Shown: in pieces, positions 55,401 through 63,901 of the stretch
Numbering within the stretch: the first letter of the stretch is position 1
Layout: the number at the start of each line of letters is the position of its first letter
DNA from: a virus
Length of the DNA: 64,000 nt
IMG/VR virus record: IMGVR_UViG_3300007513_000007
Coordinates: 64,001-128,000 of that record
Strand: one strand, 5' to 3'
Program-made: the position numbers and the translations under genes
The notes under the pieces: generated by a model
What the model saw: only the letters and a program-made list of their open reading frames with translations
Database searches by the model: none
Told to the model about the DNA's origin: nothing

Positions 55401-58400
55401 GCCGTATCGGCAACCCCAGTAGTTTCTGCCATGCGGTTTACGGTGTTCCCGCTGATGCTCAAAAGCTGCATACTGAGGGCGTCAACTCCGAGGTAGTCCG
55501 TGGATTCTGCGAAAATGCCGAAACCTTCCACCGTGTTGATCTGGTTGCCGGTAACGACGGTGTCTCGGAGCGCGGCCATGTTCGTGGCCGAGTTCGTGGT
55601 CCACGCCCGGAGGTAGATGCCGGTGCTGGCAATCCCACTATGGGCATAAGACATAAGGTGGCTGATGGTGTTGTTTGCCACCCGCACTTCTTGAAGGTTG
55701 TGATTATAGGTGTCGTCCGAGTTTATACATAGGACTTCAATACCCCTGATTCGGCACACGTCACCGGGCACAGCGACCGTCACGGGGTCGTTATCAATGA
55801 TGTTGTCGGAGATGTTGTACCCCCGCCACTCATAGGTCGATGCTCCAGCCCCGGCCCCGGCCTGGGTGATAAGGACCCTGATGCCTACGCTGACACCGGC
55901 AGCCTTCGAGTACATCTTGTTGATCTGGTTGCCTGTGATGTTCAACTGCTGCGAGTTGAGGGCGCAGACCCCGATTGTGCCCTCATCGCTCCCCGTTATC
56001 CCAACCACACCGCTCAAGGACCGTTGAATACCCATCTCACGAATACTGTTGTTCGACACCACCACCTGCTTGGCGTTGAGGATGCCGATGCCCATAGACG
56101 CTTGATCAGTAAGCGGGACGGTGAAGGCAGGTGTCCAGATGGCACCGCCGCAACATTCGATGGTGTTGCCGGTGATGACATAGTTCTCTGGGGATCCATT
56201 GGAGGAGAAGGGCGATGACCCTTCCACCAGGATGCCGTGAGCACAGGAACTGATGTTGTTCCCGGCGATATTCACTTGCTGGGCTACCAGGGAACCACCA
56301 AGGGACTTTCCACAGAGGATTCCTACTGCGGGACTCTCTCCGGGGGCCGCACTGCTGATGAACCCGTTGATGGTGTTGTCGCGGATTCCAACCTGAAGGT
56401 AGTAGCCTCCAACACGGATAGCGGCGTTCATCATGCCCAGGAGTTGGTTTTCATTGATGTCGAATATCCCGGAGCGGTTGTCGCTCCCTGTCTCGACAAG
56501 CACGCCGTATGCCCCGCCTGTGTTACCCGCGAGGGCGAGCGCACCACCCATATGGAAACTGTTCCGAGAGACCTTCAGGCGAGTGTATTCGCCGTAAAGG
56601 ATGACACCGCCCATAGCCGGAACGCCCGTGGCAAGATTCCCGGCGTTGTCGGTGATAGCCACGTCTTTCGCGGCAAGGCTCCCTGTGTGCATCACAAGGA
56701 ATCCAGGGCACTCCTCAATGGTGTTCCCGGATACCACCAGCCCTTCAACACTGCTCCCGAAGTAAATGCCGCCCCCCGAACCTGCCGTCAGAGGAGCGTG
56801 GACAGTCGTATTGGACCAGTTGGAGAAGCTGTTGCCGGTGATATTCACACTCGAAGCAGCGTGCGACCCCGCGAAGGGAACGTAGGCAATAGCCCAGCCG
56901 TCTGCGGGTGAGGCGTGTGCCGTGTCCAGTGTGCCGTGTCGCTGGATGACGTTGCCCGAGATGAAATGCTCCCGCAAGGGAGCCGAGTTCAAGGAGGTGT
57001 CAAAGAGGACTCCTGAACCGGCAGTCGAGTCCGAAATAATGACGTTGTTATTGATATGAACCCTGTCGGATGCGGAAGTTCCTGCCGGGTTCCAGAAACG
57101 GATCCCGTAGTCACCGTTTTCATTGATGTCGATGTGGTTGTCTTGGATCCAGACTTCTTCACAAGCACCAAGGTCGAAGCCTCGGCTTGCCTTGATGTTG
57201 TTGTTCTCGAACCAAAGGTCGGCAGCGACACCGACCCCCGGCGAGAACTGGACACCAGTGGATGCTGCGGCTGTCGGCAGGGCCACCACGGTACAGCCTC
57301 GAACCCGTCCACTGTTTACATCTTGTCCCGCGATCCCGGTGGTGAGGTAGTTGGAAAAAACGCAATCCTCAATCAGAAGGTTGGGGTAGCCGCCGCCGCT
57401 GGAAAGCAGGTTTACGGGAGTCCCCCACCCGTCCGCGCCGTCGGCGGTAAAGCGGACCCGAGAAATCTTGATGTTCTCTTGCTTTGTGGTCGAGTTGCTG
57501 AAGATGGCAGAGTTGTTCGCAGCGTTTGAGGAAAGGATCTCCAGATCCTTGAACTCGACGTTGTCCTGATCCGTGATGTCGAACAACACAGTCGAGGAGG
57601 ATCCCGGCGCATGTCGAATGACGGCCTCTCCGTCCCCCTCGAAGACAACATGGTGGCGAGGGACCGTGAGGGTGTTGTAGATGACGTGGCGACCTCGAAT
57701 GAGGATCCGGGTCTTTGTCTCCTGATCCGCGAGGCCGTTGTTGTGATAATACTCCATCCAGAACAGGGCAGCGTCGAGAGTAACGAAGCACGATTCGGAC
57801 CAGCTTTGGACGTTCTCCCCTTCCCTGCTGGAATACGCCAGCTTCCGGTCCAGGTCAGCCACGAAGAACCGGGCATCCTGGTAGGTATCAACAGTCGCTC
57901 CGGTTGTTGATACCTTGGCAAGCATGACGTGCTCAACACCGCCCGCATCAATAGGGGGTGGTGGAGCCAGCTTCGACACCATCTGCTCGTAAGTCGCGCT
58001 CGAACTGTCACAATCAACGTAGATGTAGCTGATCTGGTTAGCAGGAAGGGTGATGGTCGCGCCGCCCAACTCGATGACGTGGGCGTTGATAAGAACTGTG
58101 GTGGGATCAACCAGCGTGAGAGTGAGATTCGGTCCAGGAAGAGTAGGGTTGTAGGGGGTGCCGCCAGCCAGGGCGAGTTCTTGGAAGAACCCTCCAGCCA
58201 CCATTCCGTTCATGCGGCCTGCACCAGCACCAGCACAGATTTCCTGTAGAGCGCCCTCAACCTCGTCGGAGGTGTAGCAGTGGCCTGCGTCGTCAATACC
58301 GATGGTCACAGCCATATGGGCACGGCTGGGGTCCACGACGTGAACGCGAAGCGGGTCTACATCCCGTTCCGGGTAACGAAGAGAGTTGTCCTCGACGGTC

Positions 58401-58459
58401 CCCTCGGGAGCCAGACCAGCGCCAACGCCGATAGTACCTGGGTCTACTCTACGGGGCAT
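52490..58459 (-). CDS. Giant tail fibre/spike with right-handed parallel beta-helix repeats (1989 aa)
   Basis: Dozens of [IV]x[IV]xxNxI repeats (ISGNVI, ITGNSF, IAGNNI, ISDNII...) from ~aa 260 to the end. Confidence 0.85.
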   Translation of the reverse strand: MPRRVDPGTIGVGAGLAPEGTVEDNSLRYPERDVDPLRVHVVDPSRAHMAVTIGIDDAGHCYTSDEVEGALQEICAGAGAGRMNGMVAGGFFQELALAGGTPYNPTLPGPNLTLTLVDPTTVLINAHVIELGGATITLPANQISYIYVDCDSSSATYEQMVSKLAPPPPIDAGGVEHVMLAKVSTTGATVDTYQDARFFVADLDRKLAYSSREGENVQSWSESCFVTLDAALFWMEYYHNNGLADQETKTRILIRGRHVIYNTLTVPRHHVVFEGDGEAVIRHAPGSSSTVLFDITDQDNVEFKDLEILSSNAANNSAIFSNSTTKQENIKISRVRFTADGADGWGTPVNLLSSGGGYPNLLIEDCVFSNYLTTGIAGQDVNSGRVRGCTVVALPTAAASTGVQFSPGVGVAADLWFENNNIKASRGFDLGACEEVWIQDNHIDINENGDYGIRFWNPAGTSASDRVHINNNVIISDSTAGSGVLFDTSLNSAPLREHFISGNVIQRHGTLDTAHASPADGWAIAYVPFAGSHAASSVNITGNSFSNWSNTTVHAPLTAGSGGGIYFGSSVEGLVVSGNTIEECPGFLVMHTGSLAAKDVAITDNAGNLATGVPAMGGVILYGEYTRLKVSRNSFHMGGALALAGNTGGAYGVLVETGSDNRSGIFDINENQLLGMMNAAIRVGGYYLQVGIRDNTINGFISSAAPGESPAVGILCGKSLGGSLVAQQVNIAGNNISSCAHGILVEGSSPFSSNGSPENYVITGNTIECCGGAIWTPAFTVPLTDQASMGIGILNAKQVVVSNNSIREMGIQRSLSGVVGITGSDEGTIGVCALNSQQLNITGNQINKMYSKAAGVSVGIRVLITQAGAGAGASTYEWRGYNISDNIIDNDPVTVAVPGDVCRIRGIEVLCINSDDTYNHNLQEVRVANNTISHLMSYAHSGIASTGIYLRAWTTNSATNMAALRDTVVTGNQINTVEGFGIFAESTDYLGVDALSMQLLSISGNTVNRMAETTGVADTAGICVAVAEEANVRGVKIDGNILDKAYNHGIWMHPTGDTTMREVSICNNIIPEVTGALANQGGVGVHLQAAVAGSDRPILTGVQIKDNRIGGDNGDLSQPLWLHTGILLTYPESKMQNIAIAGNDIATNTWGIYWTQQNLGATPATWIALDAQDISIVNNRLWMFRGGNLPYIPSGFWPIQATTRGVAVDRLTIEDNTAFGGRSASPGGGGVGDGGTFSLRHETNTNPISNWSICRNRLISTYNVTDDNGHAIEIEIEHKAAASGGIDIEDIVIENNDCQNGEISFDVDFNGVAGDVDGVSISNNEIRPINDVHAIYCNFTNGVTGNVQVVKNLKVDGNIISSVGDVNPGSLFNVNPFLAITIIGTTSGGQYLTSLQGASISNNNIRGNELVRGCHGIYLDIGGNGVTISDNTLTELGEGDAAAQYFPVGIYLKHTQGNSWKNLNMTGNTITGAGQAGIELWVGSEGGTAGKDQGWNISENTILRCGTRGSGSCSGLKISGSSGTLDLLKNVRVANNLVQVGGNDFDAPGIVLNLDAWSQISQISVVGNQINKVEGQSLGYGIRLLTPDTSTLVNIDGNSVRQNTYEGIRVDAYGAMYNASLCDNNISTNATVKVSISDNGQINFVADALNVLEGCKVDGNLIQGNTVENQSIGGVHIQHDNSSGGAYFTNVSVCTNSIIDTEHGIRLGNRGFLQDYMVDWVGLKVDGNAIHNVQYRGVKGIAWEAGNQIFRNFSVCDNQITHEPTNDFTGVDLVTGGGGDNFLCNFWDVSRNQILFLNPLPDTAQGTVGIYAVCLGQVTQWGFNNNRVRGHGQWGIAVGPGLATTAVREFQFIGNSIESTAGNTATTGSGDISAVGDLVIEGMFGPTAMNVFTIADNSLRNQSKDAGRNGLVLASSLEPGELKFWNITGNSCVNYQATRAVVTDMFNTNFTASVINSNLNTDMAASTDNFDGGLTWSHATNKNIGNVNG

Positions 58460-58463
58460 CTCT

Positions 58464-61400
58464 TTACTCCGAGGCCAAAATGGTCATGCCCTGTGTGCGG
58501 TAAACGCCAACACAGGTGCGGTTGTCTGTTTCGGTGAAACGAATGGTGTTGTTCTCATCAAGCACGGCGTATCGAGTAACAACCAAGAGAAGGACTTCGT
58601 TCTCCCTCCACATGGTGGCTCCTGGAACGCCGTCCAAACCACTCTTCACCCGTGCCAGGAAGGGGAAGCTCACTTTGTGGGTAGAAACCCCGGACAAAGG
58701 CTGGGTCATCGCCGTTGGACGGTAAGAGCCGGTATCCGACACCTTGTAGTGGGACCGGAACTCGGTATCCATGTCAGGCATCCTGAAAGTGAACTCCTGC
58801 GTTCCGTCAACGGCCACCATTTGATGCAGGTTCAAAAGGCCCACGTCGGCATCGAAGTCCATCACTGAAATATCGGCAGTTGCCTGAAGCACCCATTCAC
58901 CGGGGAAGTCCGCTGCGGGGGTGTCGTTGTTTACCGGAATCTGATCCGAGGGGTTCAGGTAAGGGAATGGAACATCCACGGAACCCACTGAAACGGTGTT
59001 GGTCCAAAGGTCACGGGACATCACCAAAGGTTCAACCGTGATGTCTTCAGGGAGGCTTGTGAGGCCCGCCTTACTGCCTGCCGTCTGTTCGGCCATTGTT
59101 CGGTAGTACACGGCAAGCTGGTATCCGTAAGCGGCACCAGAGTTGGGAAGGGGGTCTTGGGGGAACCAGCTAACTTGGCAGAGCGTGGAACCGGCATTGG
59201 TGAACGGAACCGAAGGAGCAGGTCCCGTGGTGTCCAACACGACCCTGCGTAGCGAGGAACCATAAGTAGTGTTGCCGTTGTCCGGGTTGCAAGGGGTCCC
59301 TGCGATCAAATCACTGACGGTTACCTCCGTGTTCTTTGACCCGTACATGCGCCGAGGAACGTAGACTGTAGCGGGGTCAGCAGACACCAAGACATCTGTG
59401 TAGGCGCTCGCTGCTGCTCCGTTATTGCAAGCATATTCCCAGTTCACTTCGCGGTGAGAGGGACGGAACAACGGAGGCAGTTGTTCCTGCCAGTCTGGAG
59501 GCCGTTCCGTGACGGGTCCGGTCTCGATGGCGGGTCCGTATTCGTAGACGCCAACCGAGGTAGGTGCGTCTGGAATCACGGAATCATCGTTGATGTCCAA
59601 CCACGGGGTGTCTGAAGTTCCAACCCCCACAGGATACGCCACCTCAAGCTCTACAAAGATACGTCGAGGACTCCCGTCATCAGTAGCCGAGCCAAGGTTT
59701 GCTACCATCTGTACATGGGCCGGGTCCCGTGCCGGGTTCCCCCCGCCATCAGCAGAAGTAGGGTTGGGGTCCAGGGTGATCTGGATGTAGTCCGTCCCAA
59801 GACCCGTGACCGTCTTGATCTGGACCTCCTGGCTTGTGGCTGCGCTCGATAGTCCGTCATCGTGCCTAATGGTCTTGATTCCGGTGATCATCGTCCCGGA
59901 GGGGAAGAAGTTGGAGACATGGCCTCCTGTACCGCCGTGGTAAGTGGCGGTGGCTTCATCCCAGGTCCCATCCCCAGTGGCGTTCAGGTCACCCAAGTCA
60001 ATATGGATGACATCGTTCTCGCCCCAGCCATTGGGCTGGCTTACTGCGTCTGCTTTGACCACAAAGTGGCCCGGTTGGGTGATCGTCGTGAACGTGGGAG
60101 ATACCGGAATCACGCGGTATTCAACCACCGGCTGGTCCGCGAATCTTCGACGGACATGGTCGAAGTTGGCGATGAAGTTTCCTCGGTTCGTGTCGCCTGA
60201 TTCAGTGGGATGGCCTCCCTCTGCGTCGGAACGACCAACCTCGTTGCAGACCATGTATTTCCAGCTAACGTCGCCGGAACCCCCGCCCATCGCGCCTGAC
60301 TTGTCGCCTGAATCAATCGCCCAAGTGCCCAAGCTGTTGTCGAGGAGCCGGTTCATCTGGCGCTCAAGTTCAGCTTTGAGGTCCAGGCCAGCCGGGTAGG
60401 TGTTCTTCCTCAAATCAAGGAAGTCGGTGTAGACAATGACATCATGAAAGAAGCCATCGGGACGATCTGACTCGTCAGCTTCGATGGTTCCAATCACAGG
60501 GTTTACAAAGACTGGGTGGGTGTACGGTAGAGCGCCGTTGGTGTTGTCCAGAGGATCAAACCCGACCATCCCGAGGGCTGCGCCGTCGTAGGCGTCGTTT
60601 CGCCTGAACACGAATCCAATAGGGATGGCGTATACATAGCCGTCCACAGTGCCCAGATCAGCCGCAGCGGTGCTGCTTCCGTCACCTGCTACCCAAAGGC
60701 CAGGGTCGCGGATGTCGTAGGCCACCGCGCTGCTGTTATCGATCACCGAAGTCATGTCGGCTTTCACGAACGGGTAGAGGGCTACACCTGCTGCTTGTGT
60801 CCCTTGAGCGAGCACGTTGGGGTTAGAGAAACCGTCCTGCTGCGTCTTGAAGTTGATAGCATCCGACACCCCGGAAGCCCTGATGCGGTACTGCCACTGA
60901 ACCCTCGCGGCGGTTTCTGTCCCGATAGTAGGGTCAGCAATCCGGTCAGCGAGGTTCGTGGATACAGGAGATTGGACGTTTCCGTGTCGATACAGGCTGG
61001 CCTGTGTGGGCTTGTTGGGGGTGTCCGCACCTCCCGCAAAAGTGGTCGGGCCTGCAAAGCCGTTTACGGTCATGCAACCGGCATTTGTGAGGACGAGGCT
61101 CAGGGTGACAGCATTTCCGGCTGCTCCTGCCAAAGCATCCACCACTCGAAGGTCTACCTCTGCGGGATTAGAAACATCGACCTGTGCCGTGCAAGTACCC
61201 GCAAAGCCGTTTACCGGGTCCAGGATGGCGTCTCGCATGTTGGCGGCGGCGTCGTTGGCGTTGGCACCCAGATTGAACTCATTGAGTCCTGGAGCGCCTG
61301 CTGTTGCCGTAAGGGCCAAACCGTTGATGACCACCTGATCACCGGCAACCATGTCGGCCCAGGTCACAACCTCAACGGTCGCAGAGGCACGAGGGGAATG

Positions 61401-61853
61401 GGAGACAAGGCATCGCCAGACCTCAAGGAATACAAAATCGGTGCGCTTGATGCTGGGGCCTGTGCCGTCGTAGACGGTGGCCGCGCTCAAATCAATGCGG
61501 TTTTGGTCAGGAAGTGCAGTGTTTGCGTACTCCACCACAATGGGAGCACCGGCTACCAGAGCCGTTCTCTTGCCCATCCAAAGCGAGTTCGCGTGGAAGT
61601 TAGGGTTGGAGGTGGGAAGGAATCCCATGCCTTCCTGGAAGGTAGGCGCGACTGGCCCCCGCAACCACCCAGACGGGACAGTGCGCTGTTGTACCAAAGA
61701 CCGCAGTTGGCGGCCCACTTCTTGGGATAGGTTCAGTTCAGCATCGAGGACAGGCTTACCAGATTGGTAGACCGCCTCATCCCACGAATGCTCCCCAGGA
61801 GGGAGGTATCGTGAAACTGAAGTACCTGTGAAGTATTTATCTCTAATGGCCAT
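58464..61853 (-). CDS. Virion structural protein (baseplate/tail, 1129 aa)
   Basis: VYQSGKPVLDAELN; DFVFLEVW; DPTIG.ET..R.Q.QYRIR; DGY.YAIP...FRRN shared with 44979-50456. Confidence 0.75.
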   Translation of the reverse strand: MAIRDKYFTGTSVSRYLPPGEHSWDEAVYQSGKPVLDAELNLSQEVGRQLRSLVQQRTVPSGWLRGPVAPTFQEGMGFLPTSNPNFHANSLWMGKRTALVAGAPIVVEYANTALPDQNRIDLSAATVYDGTGPSIKRTDFVFLEVWRCLVSHSPRASATVEVVTWADMVAGDQVVINGLALTATAGAPGLNEFNLGANANDAAANMRDAILDPVNGFAGTCTAQVDVSNPAEVDLRVVDALAGAAGNAVTLSLVLTNAGCMTVNGFAGPTTFAGGADTPNKPTQASLYRHGNVQSPVSTNLADRIADPTIGTETAARVQWQYRIRASGVSDAINFKTQQDGFSNPNVLAQGTQAAGVALYPFVKADMTSVIDNSSAVAYDIRDPGLWVAGDGSSTAAADLGTVDGYVYAIPIGFVFRRNDAYDGAALGMVGFDPLDNTNGALPYTHPVFVNPVIGTIEADESDRPDGFFHDVIVYTDFLDLRKNTYPAGLDLKAELERQMNRLLDNSLGTWAIDSGDKSGAMGGGSGDVSWKYMVCNEVGRSDAEGGHPTESGDTNRGNFIANFDHVRRRFADQPVVEYRVIPVSPTFTTITQPGHFVVKADAVSQPNGWGENDVIHIDLGDLNATGDGTWDEATATYHGGTGGHVSNFFPSGTMITGIKTIRHDDGLSSAATSQEVQIKTVTGLGTDYIQITLDPNPTSADGGGNPARDPAHVQMVANLGSATDDGSPRRIFVELEVAYPVGVGTSDTPWLDINDDSVIPDAPTSVGVYEYGPAIETGPVTERPPDWQEQLPPLFRPSHREVNWEYACNNGAAASAYTDVLVSADPATVYVPRRMYGSKNTEVTVSDLIAGTPCNPDNGNTTYGSSLRRVVLDTTGPAPSVPFTNAGSTLCQVSWFPQDPLPNSGAAYGYQLAVYYRTMAEQTAGSKAGLTSLPEDITVEPLVMSRDLWTNTVSVGSVDVPFPYLNPSDQIPVNNDTPAADFPGEWVLQATADISVMDFDADVGLLNLHQMVAVDGTQEFTFRMPDMDTEFRSHYKVSDTGSYRPTAMTQPLSGVSTHKVSFPFLARVKSGLDGVPGATMWRENEVLLLVVTRYAVLDENNTIRFTETDNRTCVGVYRTQGMTILASE

Positions 61854-61904
61854 CCGGGTTTCCCGCTCCGACGAGGGAGTACCTTACCTACGGCATCGAG
61901 GCAT

Positions 61905-61920
61905 ATAGCCGGGACACCGA
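61905..61920 (-). promoter_or_regulatory. Class B (late-like) motif
   Basis: TCGGT-GTCCCGG-CTAT. Confidence 0.55.
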
Positions 61921-61933
61921 AACGTATTCCTAA

Positions 61934-62119
61934 TCATTTTCGCACCGCCGACCCCGGCGAGATGCGTGTGTAAGAGGCACTTCTTCGCGTGCCTCGGCTT
62001 CCTGGCGCTGCTTTCGCAGCAAAAGTCTTTGGCAAACTCTTCGAGGATGTCGGCTTTTTCATGGTCGCATGACCAGCCGGTTTCTTCGAGGCTGTTTTCT
62101 TGCGGCACCCGCATCCCAT
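61934..62119 (-). CDS. Small basic protein (MGCGCRKK...)
   Basis: GGAGG RBS 7 nt before ATG; class B motif upstream. Confidence 0.55.
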   Translation of the reverse strand: MGCGCRKKTASKKPAGHATMKKPTSSKSLPKTFAAKAAPGSRGTRRSASYTRISPGSAVRK

Positions 62120-62145
62120 AGAGCCACCTCCGCTTCACAGTCTCG

Positions 62146-62161
62146 ATAGGCATGGAACCGA
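62146..62161 (-). promoter_or_regulatory. Class B (late-like) motif
   Basis: TCGGT-TCCATGC-CTAT. Confidence 0.6.
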
Positions 62162-62166
62162 AGATG

Positions 62167-62198
62167 GGGGGTTCCCAGGTTGAGGAGTTATCGTAGAA
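62167..62198 (+). promoter_or_regulatory. Class A promoter-like motif followed by 14-bp palindrome
   Basis: GGGGGTTCC-N16-CG-TAGAA then CACCTGTACAGGTG (62199-62212). Confidence 0.7.
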
Positions 62199-62230
62199 CA
62201 CCTGTACAGGTGAAGGCGAAAGAGGTGCCC

Positions 62231-63130
62231 ATGACTGCCCCAAAACTGACAGAAGAAGAGGCTCGCGCTGAACTCCTGCGCCCCGCAACGGGGAAGTGTG
62301 TGGTGGTAGTAAAGGGCCGCAAAGTCCCCAGAGACACAACGGGAATAGTTTTTTGGGAGGGGGAAGGAGGTCTACACAACCAAGGTGCTCGCATCGGATT
62401 CAAAGACGCAGCGGGAACTGCCCACTGGACCGCAGCCCACAACGTGGTGGTGGTGGTTCCAGGGTTCGACCCGACCATCGCCTCCAATGACAAGCCCCCT
62501 GCGGGCCACACCTGGAACGAGCTTCTGCAAGCGCACACGCCTGAAGTGCCCTCCAAGGGTCAGCAGGTACGCATCAAAGAAACCTCCGAAGAGGGCGAAG
62601 TTTTTTGGGTGAAGGGTCATCGGCTTGGAGTCCGTGTGGGTTCAGGAAAAGACGATGTTCGTTGGGCTGACGCTTCCGAGGTGGAGGTTGTAAAGGATAA
62701 GCTCCAGATTCTTCAGGACTTCGCTAACGGCATCGGCACTCCCCCTCCCTTGGGCCAAGGGGTGTCTCCTCTGCCGCCCACCGTGGTGCCTGTGATCCCG
62801 CACCAGCCGCAACCCCCTTCTCCCCGCCCTACAGGACCGTCCAACTGGAATGGCGGGTTCGGTGTACCAGAGGTGGAGCCTCCAGAGGGCTGGCCTGCTC
62901 TCCCTTCCCCTTATTCCGAGATCCGTGAAGTACGGGTGTCTATCCGGGAAGACTCGGAAGGTATTTATGAGGGGGTGTATGAGGCATACGACGCCAATGG
63001 AGATTTTCTCCTCCTCATCACGGATGAGATCGCCTCCCTGCTGCAACGTCGGTACTACGTCGCTTGCTACAAAGTAGGCGGGGGAGGGCTGCTCCAGGAG
63101 TACACCACGTCCGTTGCTTCAGGTCGTTAG
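62231..63130 (+). CDS. Tandem SH3/KOW-like repeat protein
   Basis: VVVKGRKVP..TTGIVFW..RIGFKD..HW and VRIKETSEEGEVFW..RLGVR..RW. Confidence 0.65.
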   Translation: MTAPKLTEEEARAELLRPATGKCVVVVKGRKVPRDTTGIVFWEGEGGLHNQGARIGFKDAAGTAHWTAAHNVVVVVPGFDPTIASNDKPPAGHTWNELLQAHTPEVPSKGQQVRIKETSEEGEVFWVKGHRLGVRVGSGKDDVRWADASEVEVVKDKLQILQDFANGIGTPPPLGQGVSPLPPTVVPVIPHQPQPPSPRPTGPSNWNGGFGVPEVEPPEGWPALPSPYSEIREVRVSIREDSEGIYEGVYEAYDANGDFLLLITDEIASLLQRRYYVACYKVGGGGLLQEYTTSVASGR

Positions 63131-63765
63131 AACGTGATTCGCCAAGTGATGGTGAGCCGTGCCGTGCTGGGCTTGGAGATAACCCCAAAGGTCAGGTAGT
63201 TGATCAACACGTCGTAGTCACGCAAGTCCCGTGACAGTTCCCGTGCCGGGTAAATGTCCGGGTTGGGGTAAGTGACCAGGGGATTGTCCGAACGGGTAGA
63301 CATGATCCCCATTTCATTCAAAGGCCCTACCGCCTCTGCCTCATCGTAGGTGCAGGTGAAGTCCACAACATTGGTGGGGATTTCGGAAGCGCCGCCGTCA
63401 GCGTTCCTGAATGTAGTCGAACTCCACGCCTTCCTCTGAATCTCTGCGTTGAGGGAACGCTGATCTGGGCTTGGGGCGTCCGGGGAAAGCAATGACCCCA
63501 AAGCCCCCGTCCCAACAGCCAGCATATTCGCGCCGTTGTTAGGCTCTGAAGGGTCCTTGAAGTAGCGTGCGGCTTGGATTCCAGCGTCTGCCGTGATGAC
63601 GTTGTTGTAGTGCTCGTCGTGGAGAACTTCCCCGGTAACGGAGTCCACCATCTTGACGAAGACTTCCCCTTTGGGGAGGGTCATCGCAGCAGCATGTTCG
63701 ATGGAGAATCCCATGTTTACCCGACCTCGTGGAGATTGAAACCTGTCTTTCATCATTGAACTCAT
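63127..63765 (-). CDS. Tail-collar/baseplate-type structural protein
   Basis: YNNVIT...LAVGTG...SLNAEIQRK...DFTCTY...EAVGPLNEMGI...SK....LTITWRITF. Confidence 0.75.
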   Translation of the reverse strand: MSSMMKDRFQSPRGRVNMGFSIEHAAAMTLPKGEVFVKMVDSVTGEVLHDEHYNNVITADAGIQAARYFKDPSEPNNGANMLAVGTGALGSLLSPDAPSPDQRSLNAEIQRKAWSSTTFRNADGGASEIPTNVVDFTCTYDEAEAVGPLNEMGIMSTRSDNPLVTYPNPDIYPARELSRDLRDYDVLINYLTFGVISKPSTARLTITWRITF

Positions 63766-63834
63766 GCTGTCCTGCCTCCGTGTCCTCCACTCTACCGAAG
63801 GCCAGCGAGTACATGGTGTCGAACGTCTGGAGCC

Positions 63835-63850
63835 ATAGCCAAACCATCGA
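63835..63850 (-). promoter_or_regulatory. Class B (late-like) motif
   Basis: TCGAT-GGTTTGG-CTAT. Confidence 0.5.
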
Positions 63851-63869
63851 AACAGGAAACTTGAGAAAA

Positions 63870-63901
63870 GGGGGTTCCCGTTGGACACCTCTCCCGTAAG
63901 G
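63870..63901 (+). promoter_or_regulatory. Class A promoter-like motif pointing out of window
   Basis: GGGGGTTCC-N16-CG-TAAGG. Confidence 0.7.

Noticed and set aside
52490-61853. Diversity-generating retroelement acting on fibre genes
   Set aside because: No reverse transcriptase and no near-identical template/variable repeat pair was seen in the window.
61884-62339. 151-aa Cys/His ORF as the real gene upstream of the structural operon
   Set aside because: The overlapping 61934-62119 frame has the strong GGAGG RBS and class B motif; the long ORF also runs over the 62231 gene and its promoter. Not fully excluded.
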